Assembly: GCF_035556095.1 (NCBI RefSeq)
Contig: NZ_DATMFT010000016.1
Location: 53,508-117,507 of the forward strand
Origin: Parapedobacter sp.
GTDB taxonomy: Bacteria > Bacteroidota > Bacteroidia > Sphingobacteriales > Sphingobacteriaceae
Direction: 5' to 3'
DNA length: 64,000 nucleotides
Part shown: in pieces, positions 25,148 through 34,157 of the stretch
Position numbering within the stretch: the first letter of the stretch is position 1
Layout: the number at the start of each line of letters is the position of its first letter
Program-made: the position numbers and the translations under genes
Notes under the pieces: model-generated
Database searches by the model: none
What the model was told of the DNA's origin: nothing
Seen by the model: the letters and a program-made list of their open reading frames with translations, nothing else

Positions 25148-26407
25148 ATGTCAAAACCCATGAATACTAATCGTCAAAGCTTGCGGATATTAGTTTACCT
25201 GATAGTCGCAATGGTCACGGCGTCGTGCGGAAAGATGGACGCCATTTATAGTGATTTTTTAGAGGAAGGCGAGTTCATTTACCCGGCTAAAGCAGATTCG
25301 TTGAGAGCCCACCCAGGAAACAACAGAATAATGTTGTCTTGGGTTATTCTTTCAGACCCGAATGTGAGCAACGCCGTCATTTATTGGGATAACCGAAGAG
25401 ACTCATTGGAAGTATCCATATCCCAGTCGGTCCGACCGGACACGGTACGGGTAGAACTAACCGACATGGAAGAAAAATCCTATACTTTCCAGATATTTAC
25501 CCGGGACGATGAAGGCAACGTTTCGGTGATGTCGGAGATATTGGGCACCGTATACGGAGACATCTACCGTAATTCGTTGTTGACCCGTGCGGTCCGAAAT
25601 TTGTCGGTTAGCGAGGATACCTTGGTGGTTGATTGGATGCCGGCTGAAGAAACCAGTATTGGTGATTCGCTGATCTATGAAGATACCGAAGGTAAGCTGA
25701 ATCGGCTGTTTGTATCGTCGTCGGACGATACGACGAAATTACCGTTGTACGCTCCTGAGCATAATTTTGTGTATAAAACCCTATTCGTGCCGGATTCACT
25801 CGCGATTGATACCTTCATGACCGCGGAGTTTGAGTTTGTGGTTGATCCCGATCTATTTAAAGGCGAAGTGGAGTTGAGTAAGTCGCGGTTCGCTCAATAT
25901 AATTTGCCCACCGACACGCACGAGCCAAATGCAACTAATTCAACGATGAAAAACATCTGGGACGGAACCATGAATAAAGAAAGTCCAACGTTTATTACGA
26001 AAGTCGACGGGGATATGCCGCAGTGGTTTACGTTTGATTTGGGCGTAACAGCCGAGTTGACGCGTATGCAGATCAATCAACGTGGAACTGCCTCGAACCG
26101 TCTTTATAACGGAGGGAATGTGAGAACTGCCGAAATCTGGGGCTCTGCGGATCCGAATCCGGACGGCAGTTGGGACAGCTGGATTTTGCTGGGGACATTC
26201 GAATCGTTTAAACCGTCGGGCGAGGGTGCGGTTACGTCGACAGACATCGCCTACGCGCTAGAGGGCGAAATGGTCACCTTTGAAGAAGGATTGCCGCCAG
26301 TGAGGTATATCCGGTTTAAAACCCTTTCCAATTGGGATTCCGACAAGCGTGGTTTTACCAATATCGGACAATTGACTTTTTGGGGTTACGAAGAAAAAGA
26401 AAATTAA
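25148..26407 (+). CDS. PUL-associated surface lipoprotein with C-terminal F5/8 type C-like domain
   Basis: Lipobox (TASC). PQWFTFDLGVTAELTRMQINQR. ATG at 25148 is preferred to avoid overlap with the upstream gene. Confidence 0.6.
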   Translation: MSKPMNTNRQSLRILVYLIVAMVTASCGKMDAIYSDFLEEGEFIYPAKADSLRAHPGNNRIMLSWVILSDPNVSNAVIYWDNRRDSLEVSISQSVRPDTVRVELTDMEEKSYTFQIFTRDDEGNVSVMSEILGTVYGDIYRNSLLTRAVRNLSVSEDTLVVDWMPAEETSIGDSLIYEDTEGKLNRLFVSSSDDTTKLPLYAPEHNFVYKTLFVPDSLAIDTFMTAEFEFVVDPDLFKGEVELSKSRFAQYNLPTDTHEPNATNSTMKNIWDGTMNKESPTFITKVDGDMPQWFTFDLGVTAELTRMQINQRGTASNRLYNGGNVRTAEIWGSADPNPDGSWDSWILLGTFESFKPSGEGAVTSTDIAYALEGEMVTFEEGLPPVRYIRFKTLSNWDSDKRGFTNIGQLTFWGYEEKEN

Positions 26408-26413
26408 TTGAAG

Positions 26414-28057
26414 ATGAGCTTGACGTTACAGGCAGCATTAGCGTTCTCGCCGATTTTACTAGCGATGGTGTTGTTGGTCGGTTTCCGGTTCCCCGCAAAA
26501 TACACCATGCCCTTGGTGTTGGTGCTGACCGGTTGGCTGGCGCTGCAATATTGGGGAATGGATATCGCAGATGTGCTGGCTTCCACGATACAGGGGTTGG
26601 TCATCACGTTTGACGTGTTGTATATTATATTCGGCGCGTTGCTACTGCTGTCTGTACTCAAGTACTCGGGTGGGCTGGCCAGTATCCGGTATAATTTTGC
26701 CCGGATCAGCCCCGACAAGCGGATACAGATCATCGTCATCGCCTGGCTTTTCGGGTCTTTCCTTGAAGGGGCCTCTGGCTTTGGGACGCCCGCTGCCATT
26801 GTGGCGCCTTTGTTATTGGCTTTAGGGTTTCCGGCGATGGCCGCGGTATTGATGGGCCTGATGGTACAAAGCACCGCGGTGACTTTCGGAGCGATAGGCA
26901 CCCCGATATTGATCGGTGTAAACAATGGGTTGGCAGCCGGTTTTGGCGGGCCTGGAGAAAAGGAGATTTTCTTGCAGGCCGTTACCGCACAGGCCGCGAC
27001 TATCCACGCCATCATCGGTACGCTTATTCCTTGGTTTATGGTGGTGATGACCATTTTCGTCTTTGGAAGACGAGAAGACCGGAAGAAAAGTTTAACCATT
27101 GCGCCATTTGCTATTTTTGCAGGGTTAGCATTTACCATTCCCTACCTCTGTACAGCGGTTTTGCTGGGGCCGGAGTTCCCGTCGCTCTTGGGAGCTATGA
27201 TCGGGCTGGGTATCGTGGTTTTCGCGGTCAAGCGTAAGTTTTTGATCCCCAAGGATACCTGGGATTTCCCGCCGGCAGACCGATGGCAGCCAGCTTGGTC
27301 TGGACAAGTGGCGATGGAAAAGGACGGGCTGGAAAGTAATACGCCCATGCCGATTTACAAGGCATGGATGCCCTATGTGTTGGTGTCGATACTGTTGATC
27401 GTTACCCGGTTACAGAGCTTGGGGATCGGACAGTATTTGCAAAGCCTGAAGTTTGATTGGCCATCGGTTTTGGGGACGACCATATCAGCATCGTCTTCAC
27501 CATTGTATTTGCCGGGAACCATGTTGATTATCGCAGCTCTGGCGGCGGTATTGGTCCATAAGCTGCCTTCGTCTGGGTTCATGAAAGCAAGCAAAGAGTC
27601 GCTTTCCACGACACTGGCGGCCGCGTTCGTGCTGTTGTTTACCATCCCCATGGTGCGGATATACATCAACTCGGGGATTAACCACCTTGAAATGGCGAGC
27701 ATGCCTGTGGTGCTGGCGGACTGGGTGGCGTTTAAAGTAGGTCAATTCTGGCCGTCAGTATCCCCGTCGGTAGGTGCATTGGGGGCGTTTATAGCCGGGA
27801 GCAATACGGTAAGTAACCTGATGTTCGTCGAATTCCAGCACAGTATTGCAACCAAGCTCCAACTCTCTACCGTAACGGTCGTTTCCCTTCAAGCGGTTGG
27901 AGCTGCTGCGGGCAATATGATTGCCATCCATAATGTGGTCGCGGCTTCTGCGGTGGTGGGCTTAATAGGTAAAGAGGGTGCCATTTTAAGAAAGACCATT
28001 GTTCCTACCATATATTATGTGCTTGCAGCAGGCTTACTTGGGATGTTATTGGCTTGA
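26414..28057 (+). CDS. L-lactate permease (LctP) family transporter
   Basis: About 547 aa and multi-TM. FLEGASGFGTPAAIVAPLL is an LctP-type motif, from memory. Confidence 0.7.
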   Translation: MSLTLQAALAFSPILLAMVLLVGFRFPAKYTMPLVLVLTGWLALQYWGMDIADVLASTIQGLVITFDVLYIIFGALLLLSVLKYSGGLASIRYNFARISPDKRIQIIVIAWLFGSFLEGASGFGTPAAIVAPLLLALGFPAMAAVLMGLMVQSTAVTFGAIGTPILIGVNNGLAAGFGGPGEKEIFLQAVTAQAATIHAIIGTLIPWFMVVMTIFVFGRREDRKKSLTIAPFAIFAGLAFTIPYLCTAVLLGPEFPSLLGAMIGLGIVVFAVKRKFLIPKDTWDFPPADRWQPAWSGQVAMEKDGLESNTPMPIYKAWMPYVLVSILLIVTRLQSLGIGQYLQSLKFDWPSVLGTTISASSSPLYLPGTMLIIAALAAVLVHKLPSSGFMKASKESLSTTLAAAFVLLFTIPMVRIYINSGINHLEMASMPVVLADWVAFKVGQFWPSVSPSVGALGAFIAGSNTVSNLMFVEFQHSIATKLQLSTVTVVSLQAVGAAAGNMIAIHNVVAASAVVGLIGKEGAILRKTIVPTIYYVLAAGLLGMLLA

Positions 28058-28108
28058 TATACCCCCCAATATGCTGTTAATGGAAATTTGAAATTAAATA
28101 AAGTTAAT

Positions 28109-29611
28109 ATGTTATTAAAGACAAAGACTCAACATGTGTCTATCGGAAAACTGATGCTTTTATTGACGTGGTCATTGGTTATACTCTTGGACCCCGTCCG
28201 TGCGCAATCGCCCGAAGACATTTATGGAAAGGCGAAACTGATAAACCAGCCTGCCGAAGGATACCGCGGCATCTGGTATGCCATTGGTGGCGCGGGGCAA
28301 CGGGGATCGGTACCTGCACCTTATAATTTTAAATATAGCGGTGGACTGGGAACGTACCCTGCCAATCATTACCCTTTTTCTGTTTACGCAGCGGAAGTGG
28401 ACAAGACTTTTTTCTGTTATGGCGGAACTGATGATTCAGGGAAGACATTGTACCATATGGTTTCTTATTTTGATCATAAGACAGGTGAAGTACCCCGTCC
28501 TACTATTGTGCTTGACAAAGCCACGAATGATGCACATGATAATCCCGTGATGCAGGTCGATAAGGAGGGTTACATCTGGATTTTCTCTACCTCTCATGGC
28601 ACTGGCCGTCCATCTTTTATCCATCGCAGCAAACAGCCGCATGATATTTCTGTGTTTGAACGGATAGCGGCCACGAAGTTAGTAGACGGAAAGAAAGTGC
28701 CAATGGATAATTTTTCTTACTTGCAACTATATTATTCAAGCGAAGACGGCTTTACCGGATTGTTTACCCATTACGAAAAAAAAGGGGGTCGGGTAATCGG
28801 TTGGATGACCAGTAAAGATGGGGTGGATTGGTCCGAATGGAAGGATCTTTCGCTGTTGGACCAAGGACAATATCAAACCAGTGGCAACCAGGGAGCACGG
28901 ATCGGCACAGCGTTTAATTATCATCCGACGCGTAAAGTAAGAGGGGGGCTTGACTTCCGGACCAATCTTTATTATTTACAAACGAATGATTTCGGAAAGA
29001 CATGGCAGACCGTTGGTGGAAAGCCGATCGAACTGCCGCTTACGGAGGTTGCCAATGATGCACTGGTTCATGATTATGATAATAAAGAACGGAACGTATA
29101 CATCTGCGATGTGAACTTCGATAAAAAGGGGCGCCCGATCATCCTATACCTGACTAGCGGGGGGCCGATGCCCGGTCCCGAAGATGGGCCCAGGGAATGG
29201 CATACTGCACGTTGGACCGGCAAGAAATGGGATATCAGGAAAGTGACGGATTCTGACAATGCCTACGATATGGGGTCACTTTATATAGAAAACCGGAAGT
29301 GGACGATTATTGCACCCACAGAGAAAGGGCCCCAGGAATATAATACGGGGGGAGAGATGGTACTTTGGCAGTCTACAAACCAAGGGAAGCGGTGGAAAAA
29401 GGTGAGGCAATTGACTAGCCAAAGCGAATTCAACCATACGTATGCCCGCCGTCCCGTCAACGTCCATCCGGATTTCTATGCATTTTGGGCCGATGGAAAT
29501 GGCCGGGAAAAGTCTGAATCTAGACTTTATTTTTCCGACCGGGACGGGAATGTATTCCAACTGCCGCAATCTATGGATGCGCAGGCAGCGAAGCCGATTC
29601 CATATAACTAA
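28109..29611 (+). CDS. secreted BNR_4-type beta-propeller protein, paralog of 7749..9206
   Basis: YRGIWYAIGG..YSGGLGTYPANH..DKTFFCYGG and TNLYYLQTNDFGKTW are collinear with the 7749 protein over the full length. Confidence 0.55.
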   Translation: MLLKTKTQHVSIGKLMLLLTWSLVILLDPVRAQSPEDIYGKAKLINQPAEGYRGIWYAIGGAGQRGSVPAPYNFKYSGGLGTYPANHYPFSVYAAEVDKTFFCYGGTDDSGKTLYHMVSYFDHKTGEVPRPTIVLDKATNDAHDNPVMQVDKEGYIWIFSTSHGTGRPSFIHRSKQPHDISVFERIAATKLVDGKKVPMDNFSYLQLYYSSEDGFTGLFTHYEKKGGRVIGWMTSKDGVDWSEWKDLSLLDQGQYQTSGNQGARIGTAFNYHPTRKVRGGLDFRTNLYYLQTNDFGKTWQTVGGKPIELPLTEVANDALVHDYDNKERNVYICDVNFDKKGRPIILYLTSGGPMPGPEDGPREWHTARWTGKKWDIRKVTDSDNAYDMGSLYIENRKWTIIAPTEKGPQEYNTGGEMVLWQSTNQGKRWKKVRQLTSQSEFNHTYARRPVNVHPDFYAFWADGNGREKSESRLYFSDRDGNVFQLPQSMDAQAAKPIPYN

Positions 29612-29689
29612 GACGACAGGGAAATGAACCGAAAAGAAGGGATGTCCACCGTTGTTACTGGACAACAAAAGACAACAATGGACATTTCC

Positions 29690-30300
29690 GCGGACAACGT
29701 ACTAGCTGTTTGCGGTACTACAACGGCGGGTTGAAATATGGCAATGGACTGCTGATGTACTGCATTGAATAGTTGCAGTATTACCATGTGCTATTGACAT
29801 ACCACAATAGACTTTTGATATACTGCAATGCAACAAATACATACCACGAGAGGCTGCCGGCATACGACCACGCACTGTTGATATACTACAGTATGATGGC
29901 AACACATTACAATGGGCCGTAGATATACTGCAGTGCGCTATTGATATACGACGTGAGGCTATTGACATACCGCAACAGGCCGCTGATATACTACATTGAG
30001 CTGTTGAAGTATTACAATACGCAAATGACCTACTACAATAAGCTGTTGATGTACTGCAATGCGCTTTCGATATATTACAATGGGCCGCTGGTATAACACA
30101 ATAAGCTGTTGATGTACTGCAATGCGCTTTTGATATATTACAATGGGCTTTTGATATATGTCAATGGGACGTTGACATATGGCGATGGACCGATGCGGTA
30201 TGCCAACAGCCCATTGCGGTACAACTTTAGGGTGTCGCGGTACCGCAAAAGCCCATTGCGGTACCGCAAATCACCATTGACCCTTGCTATGCGCCCAGGT
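29690..30300. repeat. 21-nt tandem repeat tract A (about 29 units, consensus TATACTGCAATGNGCTNTTGA)
   Basis: Strict 21-nt phasing of a (T/C)ATAC anchor across about 600 bp. It includes a 63-bp higher-order duplication (30040-30102 vs 30103-30165). The last units change to CGGTACCGCAAAAGCCCATTG. Confidence 0.85.
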
Positions 30301-30379
30301 ACGCAGGGCGTTCAACCCGCTGCGGAAAAACCGTTTGGTGCGCCAAGGGGCGTACCTAGTGATTGACAGCGTGAAGCAA

Positions 30380-31030
30380 TTAGAGTAAGCCCTTGTCAGT
30401 GGAAGCTGGTTCCGCGCTCCCGGGATAGTAGACTATGCCAATATACAGGCTATCGGTGTTATTCCTCAAGAAAATATCGATATCGGCTAACTGGGGCTGA
30501 TTGAATATAAAAAGGTGCTCATCGTTGAGATCAAGTGACAAAGAACTAATTGATTTGAACGCGTAGTAATCGTGCCCATCTCGGAAATTTCGCTGATAAC
30601 TACCGGCGGTAAAAATCAGTGACACCCGGGTAGGGTCGTCGGTAAAGATATGGTTTCCTGTCAGTTTATAGCGTGATTTTATCTTGGGAAACCTAAAGGG
30701 ATCGTATCCTGAATCCCAATTGTTGGCCACTTGCAACTCGTTAACAAACACCGTATCGGGAGGTGGGATGGGTAGCTTAAGCACTCGTAACATGGCTTCG
30801 CGAGAGTCTAACTTGATGAGTTCCCCTCCGGTTTTGAATTTAAGAAACGAATTAAAATCATCGCCGGATAAACCCGAAGCCTTTACCGATGCATCATAGT
30901 CGTTGGGATAGTCAGCGGCTCTGATAACCGAAGTTAACATGATCGTTTGGCATGCTTTATAGACAAAGAATAAAAAGGGGGTCATTAAGACTACACTTAA
31001 TATCCACACCAAATTTTTTTTTGATAACAT
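30380..31030 (-). CDS. hypothetical membrane-anchored protein
   Basis: 216-aa ORF with one N-terminal TM helix (LVWILSVVLMTPFLFFVY). No recognisable motif. It lies between the two tandem-repeat tracts. Confidence 0.5.
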   Translation of the reverse strand: MLSKKNLVWILSVVLMTPFLFFVYKACQTIMLTSVIRAADYPNDYDASVKASGLSGDDFNSFLKFKTGGELIKLDSREAMLRVLKLPIPPPDTVFVNELQVANNWDSGYDPFRFPKIKSRYKLTGNHIFTDDPTRVSLIFTAGSYQRNFRDGHDYYAFKSISSLSLDLNDEHLFIFNQPQLADIDIFLRNNTDSLYIGIVYYPGSAEPASTDKGLL

Positions 31031-31327
31031 AAGTTATTGATTGGCTATAGCGGGAGCGCTGGGCGTTCCCGATGTGACAAAAACAAAACTCATTAAATTC
31101 TCGGATGTCTTCTACACTGTGAAGCTTGTATTGAGCTTAATAAGTCTTAAGTTGGAAATTCCCATGTTTCTTGTTGTATTATTGATTGAAATTGATTTGA
31201 TTTCAATATAGTAAAATAACTTGGAATAGCAAAATTAATCTTTGCGGAAATGGTCGAAGGAATGGCAGAAGGCAATATTGTACTAACACATTATTATCGT
31301 ACACCGGGGTATGTTTATGGGCATCAG

Positions 31328-31438
31328 AAATAATCCTGGATAAAATATTCTTCTGTATTGCAGTAAAGGAAGGAGTACATCAGTAAGTTGGCTTTGTTGG
31401 TCTGCATACTGCGTTTCATGTGCAAAATAGGCTTGCCT
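31328..31438 (-). pseudogene. 111-bp fragment identical to the 3' end of the GntR gene (direct repeat partner of 33312..33422)
   Basis: Base-for-base identity over 111 nt with 33312..33422, which encodes the last 37 codons of the 33308..34024 regulator. There is no start and no upstream part of the gene. Confidence 0.85.
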
Positions 31439-31440
31439 AG

Positions 31441-32031
31441 CTAGCGAAAATCGGGCATTATCGGGCATATTGGGTTCCATTTCGGGCATTTAAGGTGGTA
31501 TTTATCGGGTGTATTGTGCAACATGCCCGGCTTTCCGGTACTGGGGAAAAGTTTCCCGGTACCGGGAAAATGTTACCCGTCGCTGGAAAGGTGCAAACCT
31601 GTATCGGGGAGGTTGTACCCGGTGCTGGCAGAAAGTTTTCCGATACAGGGAAAATACGAACCCATACCGGAGAGATGTTACCTGGTACGGGGAAAAAGCT
31701 TTCCAGTACGGGGAAAAAGCTTTCCAGTACGGGGGGGAAGCTTTCCGATACAGGGAAAATACGAACCCATACCGGAGGAGAGTTACCCGACACAGGGAGA
31801 ATGTTAATCCATACCGGTAAAGCGCCACCCCGTATCGGGGGAGCGCTTACCAGTATGGGTTCGACAAAGAAGGATATCGATTTAACACGGACCGATATAG
31901 GTGCGTTGTATTCTGATGCGGGTTATTGTTTCTCCGGTATCGGTACATCGTCCCCCGGTAAGGGGGCGAGGTTTCCCGGTGCAGGTCGGCGACTCCGCTG
32001 TGTTAATTTATCCGGCTACCTGATCGTTTAG
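31441..32031. repeat. 21-nt tandem repeat tract B (about 28 units, consensus GGTACGGGGAAAAAGCTTTCC)
   Basis: 21-nt phasing of a GGTAC/GATAC anchor. Five overlapping ORFs, three on the plus and two on the minus strand, run through it because the units lack stop codons. It starts 2 nt after the 111-bp direct repeat. Confidence 0.85.
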
Positions 32032-32089
32032 CGACCAACCCCCTGCCGTAAGGCGACTACACACGAGTATTTTTCTAAGGAAAACACTT

Positions 32090-32101
32090 GCTTACGTAAG
32101 C
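32090..32101. promoter_or_regulatory. 12-bp perfect palindrome GCTTACGTAAGC, candidate operator of the HigA-like regulator
   Basis: Located 22 nt upstream of the 32123 start. An extra GCTTAC half-site lies at 32108-32113. Confidence 0.4.
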
Positions 32102-32122
32102 TAATTTGCTTACATTCGTTTT

Positions 32123-32599
32123 ATGGAAACTTCAATGGAAAAATACAAAGGTATCCACCCAGGATTGATTTTAGAGCATGAGCTTAAAAAGAGGAAAATT
32201 GCAAAGAATCAATTTGCGACTGCTATTAACCAGCATAGGCAGACCTTGAACGCTATAACTAAGGGAAGAAGAAAACTACCGGTCGAACTATCATTCAAAA
32301 TTGACAAGGAATTAGGCTATGCAGAAGGAACTATGTTGATGATGCAAACCTATTTCGAAATTGAAGATTACCGGAAAAAACAACGGCTGACCAAAACCAG
32401 CTTTGCGTTGGGTAAATTGCGTAATGGACTTTTTTGGGATACGGACATCAGCAAAATAGATCCAGATATACACGCCACTGCAATTATCCGAAGAGTCTTT
32501 GAGCGCGGTAACGCGGAAGAAAAAGAATATATCACCGATTACTACGGAGACAGACGGATAGCTGAGGTATTGGGTACAGACTCAATTGTTGCCAGCTAA
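32123..32599 (+). CDS. HigA-like XRE-HTH antitoxin/regulator with C-terminal extension
   Basis: 158 aa. IHPGLILEHELKKRKIAKNQFATAINQHRQTLNAITKGRRKLPVELSFKIDKELG is a HigA-type HTH. It overlaps the downstream gene region. Confidence 0.65.
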   Translation: METSMEKYKGIHPGLILEHELKKRKIAKNQFATAINQHRQTLNAITKGRRKLPVELSFKIDKELGYAEGTMLMMQTYFEIEDYRKKQRLTKTSFALGKLRNGLFWDTDISKIDPDIHATAIIRRVFERGNAEEKEYITDYYGDRRIAEVLGTDSIVAS

Positions 32600-32609
32600 A
32601 TCAAACAAT

Positions 32610-33257
32610 ATGCTGTATTGGAACACCGTCGGCGACCTGTTACGCCAAGCCCTGCTCACCTTGATGCAAGCTCCGATATTTGCAGATTTTAGACTCGTGG
32701 GAGGCACGGCGCTCAGTCTGCACCTGGGCCATCGCATGTCTGTTGATATTGATCTATTTACGGATGCTAATCATGGTAGCGTTGATTTTGATGCAGTAGA
32801 CCAATACTTGCTGAATACTTTTCCATTCGTACAAGGGGACATAGGTGGCTTACCCGGTTTTGGCCGAGCATACTTAATCGGCAATAGTCTGGAGGATCAC
32901 ATCAAATTGGATGTGTACTACTCACAGGAAAAGTTCATAAGACCGACAGTTGAGTATGATGATATAAGGCTTGCCGGTATAGAGGAGATCATTGCGATGA
33001 AAGTAGATGTTATTTCCAGAAGTGGGAGAAAAAAGGATTTTTGGGATTTACATGAGTTAATGGAACGATATAATCTTTCTCAAATGCTCACATTGCATGA
33101 GGAACGTCATCCCTATACTCATGACAAAACTCAAATTATTTCAAATTTCGAGAACTTTGAAAGGGCTGATCAGGATTTTGATCCGATCTGTCTAAGGGGA
33201 AAATATTGGGAATTTATCAAAGACGATATGATCGAAGCAGTAAAGCAATATAGATGA
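32610..33257 (+). CDS. nucleotidyltransferase, AbiEii/AbiGii toxin family (DUF1814-like)
   Basis: FRLVGGTALSLHLGHRMSVDIDLF is the NTase GS..D.D motif typical of this family. ATG at 32610 within the TTG-started track ORF. Confidence 0.65.
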   Translation: MLYWNTVGDLLRQALLTLMQAPIFADFRLVGGTALSLHLGHRMSVDIDLFTDANHGSVDFDAVDQYLLNTFPFVQGDIGGLPGFGRAYLIGNSLEDHIKLDVYYSQEKFIRPTVEYDDIRLAGIEEIIAMKVDVISRSGRKKDFWDLHELMERYNLSQMLTLHEERHPYTHDKTQIISNFENFERADQDFDPICLRGKYWEFIKDDMIEAVKQYR

Positions 33258-33307
33258 GCGGTTTTGGAAGCATCAAATGACGGCAGGGAGGGGAGTATCG
33301 ATAGGCT

Positions 33308-34024
33308 TTAAAAATAATCCTGGATAAAATATTCTTCTGTATTGCAGTAAAGGAAGGAGTACATCAGTAAGTTGGCTTTGTTGGTCTGCATACTGCGTTT
33401 CATGTGCAAAATAGGCTTGCCTGGCCTGATGGAAAGTAAATCTGCAATACGTTTGCTTGCTGCCACGGCCCATATCTTTTGTTCACCCTCCTTGATTTCC
33501 ACGTGGTGATTTTTTTTTAACGTTTCAAATAGTGAATGCTTTGCTAGGTTGTGCATGGTGAATCTTGGCAGGTCGATATCGGTGATATACGTCTCTTCGT
33601 ACAGTGTCGGTAGGCCATTTACATGGCGCAGCCGGGCGAGGTAAAGACAGCCTGCTTCCCGTTGTGTATCCGTCAGCTCATATGGAAAATCGACGGGCCA
33701 TCCGATGCGTTTTGTTTTCACCAGGATCTCGGTACGTAAGTTTTTTTTGCCTACCCCCGCGGTTGAACCTTTCAGCGATAAAATGCCCAGTCCATTTTTC
33801 GGCTCAGACACAATGCTGCCCTTGCCATGCTGGCGGATGATGTACCCCATCTGCGTCAACTCCCCCAATGCCTGCCGTACCGTGGGACGGGTAGTTCCAT
33901 AGCTTTTGCAAAGCTCATTTTCTGAAGGAAGCAGGTCGCCCTTTTTGTAATACCCATCGTCGATTTGCCTTTTCAGGTCGGCAATGAGCACCTTATAAAG
34001 TGGTGTGTTTGGTTCTTTCGCCAT
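33308..34024 (-). CDS. GntR-family transcriptional regulator, HutC subfamily (wHTH + UTRA)
   Basis: 238 aa. LPSENELCKSYGTTRPTVRQALGELTQMGYIIRQHGKGSIV is a GntR wHTH. The C-terminal roughly 150 aa are UTRA-like. Confidence 0.85.
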   Translation of the reverse strand: MAKEPNTPLYKVLIADLKRQIDDGYYKKGDLLPSENELCKSYGTTRPTVRQALGELTQMGYIIRQHGKGSIVSEPKNGLGILSLKGSTAGVGKKNLRTEILVKTKRIGWPVDFPYELTDTQREAGCLYLARLRHVNGLPTLYEETYITDIDLPRFTMHNLAKHSLFETLKKNHHVEIKEGEQKIWAVAASKRIADLLSIRPGKPILHMKRSMQTNKANLLMYSFLYCNTEEYFIQDYF

Positions 34025-34066
34025 AATGGGTGCTGTCAGATCGGAACAAAAATAGTTAATTTATTG

Positions 34067-34080
34067 ATGTTGTGTATACA
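34067..34080. promoter_or_regulatory. HutC/GntR-type operator (GTTGTGTATACAAG), likely autoregulatory
   Basis: Palindrome family member. On the minus strand it lies upstream of a TAttTTTG box that precedes the GntR start. Confidence 0.55.
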
Positions 34081-34143
34081 AGTTTAGCCGCTGCAGCGTT
34101 GTTGGTTCAAATAGCTTAATGTGTATAATTTGTTTTTTATGTA

Positions 34144-34157
34144 CTTGTATATACAAA
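34144..34157. promoter_or_regulatory. HutC/GntR-type operator (CTTGTATATACAAA)
   Basis: Palindrome family member in the GntR/GH92 divergent intergenic region. Confidence 0.5.

Noticed and set aside
29702-30366. Track ORFs 29702..29968 (-) and 30109..30366 (+) giving heptad-repeat peptides
   Set aside because: They are translations of the 21-nt tandem repeat. They are interrupted by stops in every frame over the tract and have no start context. The repeat itself is the more likely feature.
31283-31489. Track ORFs 31283..31489 (-) and 33273..33473 (-) with near-identical peptides
   Set aside because: Both are out-of-frame readings of the duplicated 111-bp GntR 3' segment. The real frame there is the GntR C-terminus.
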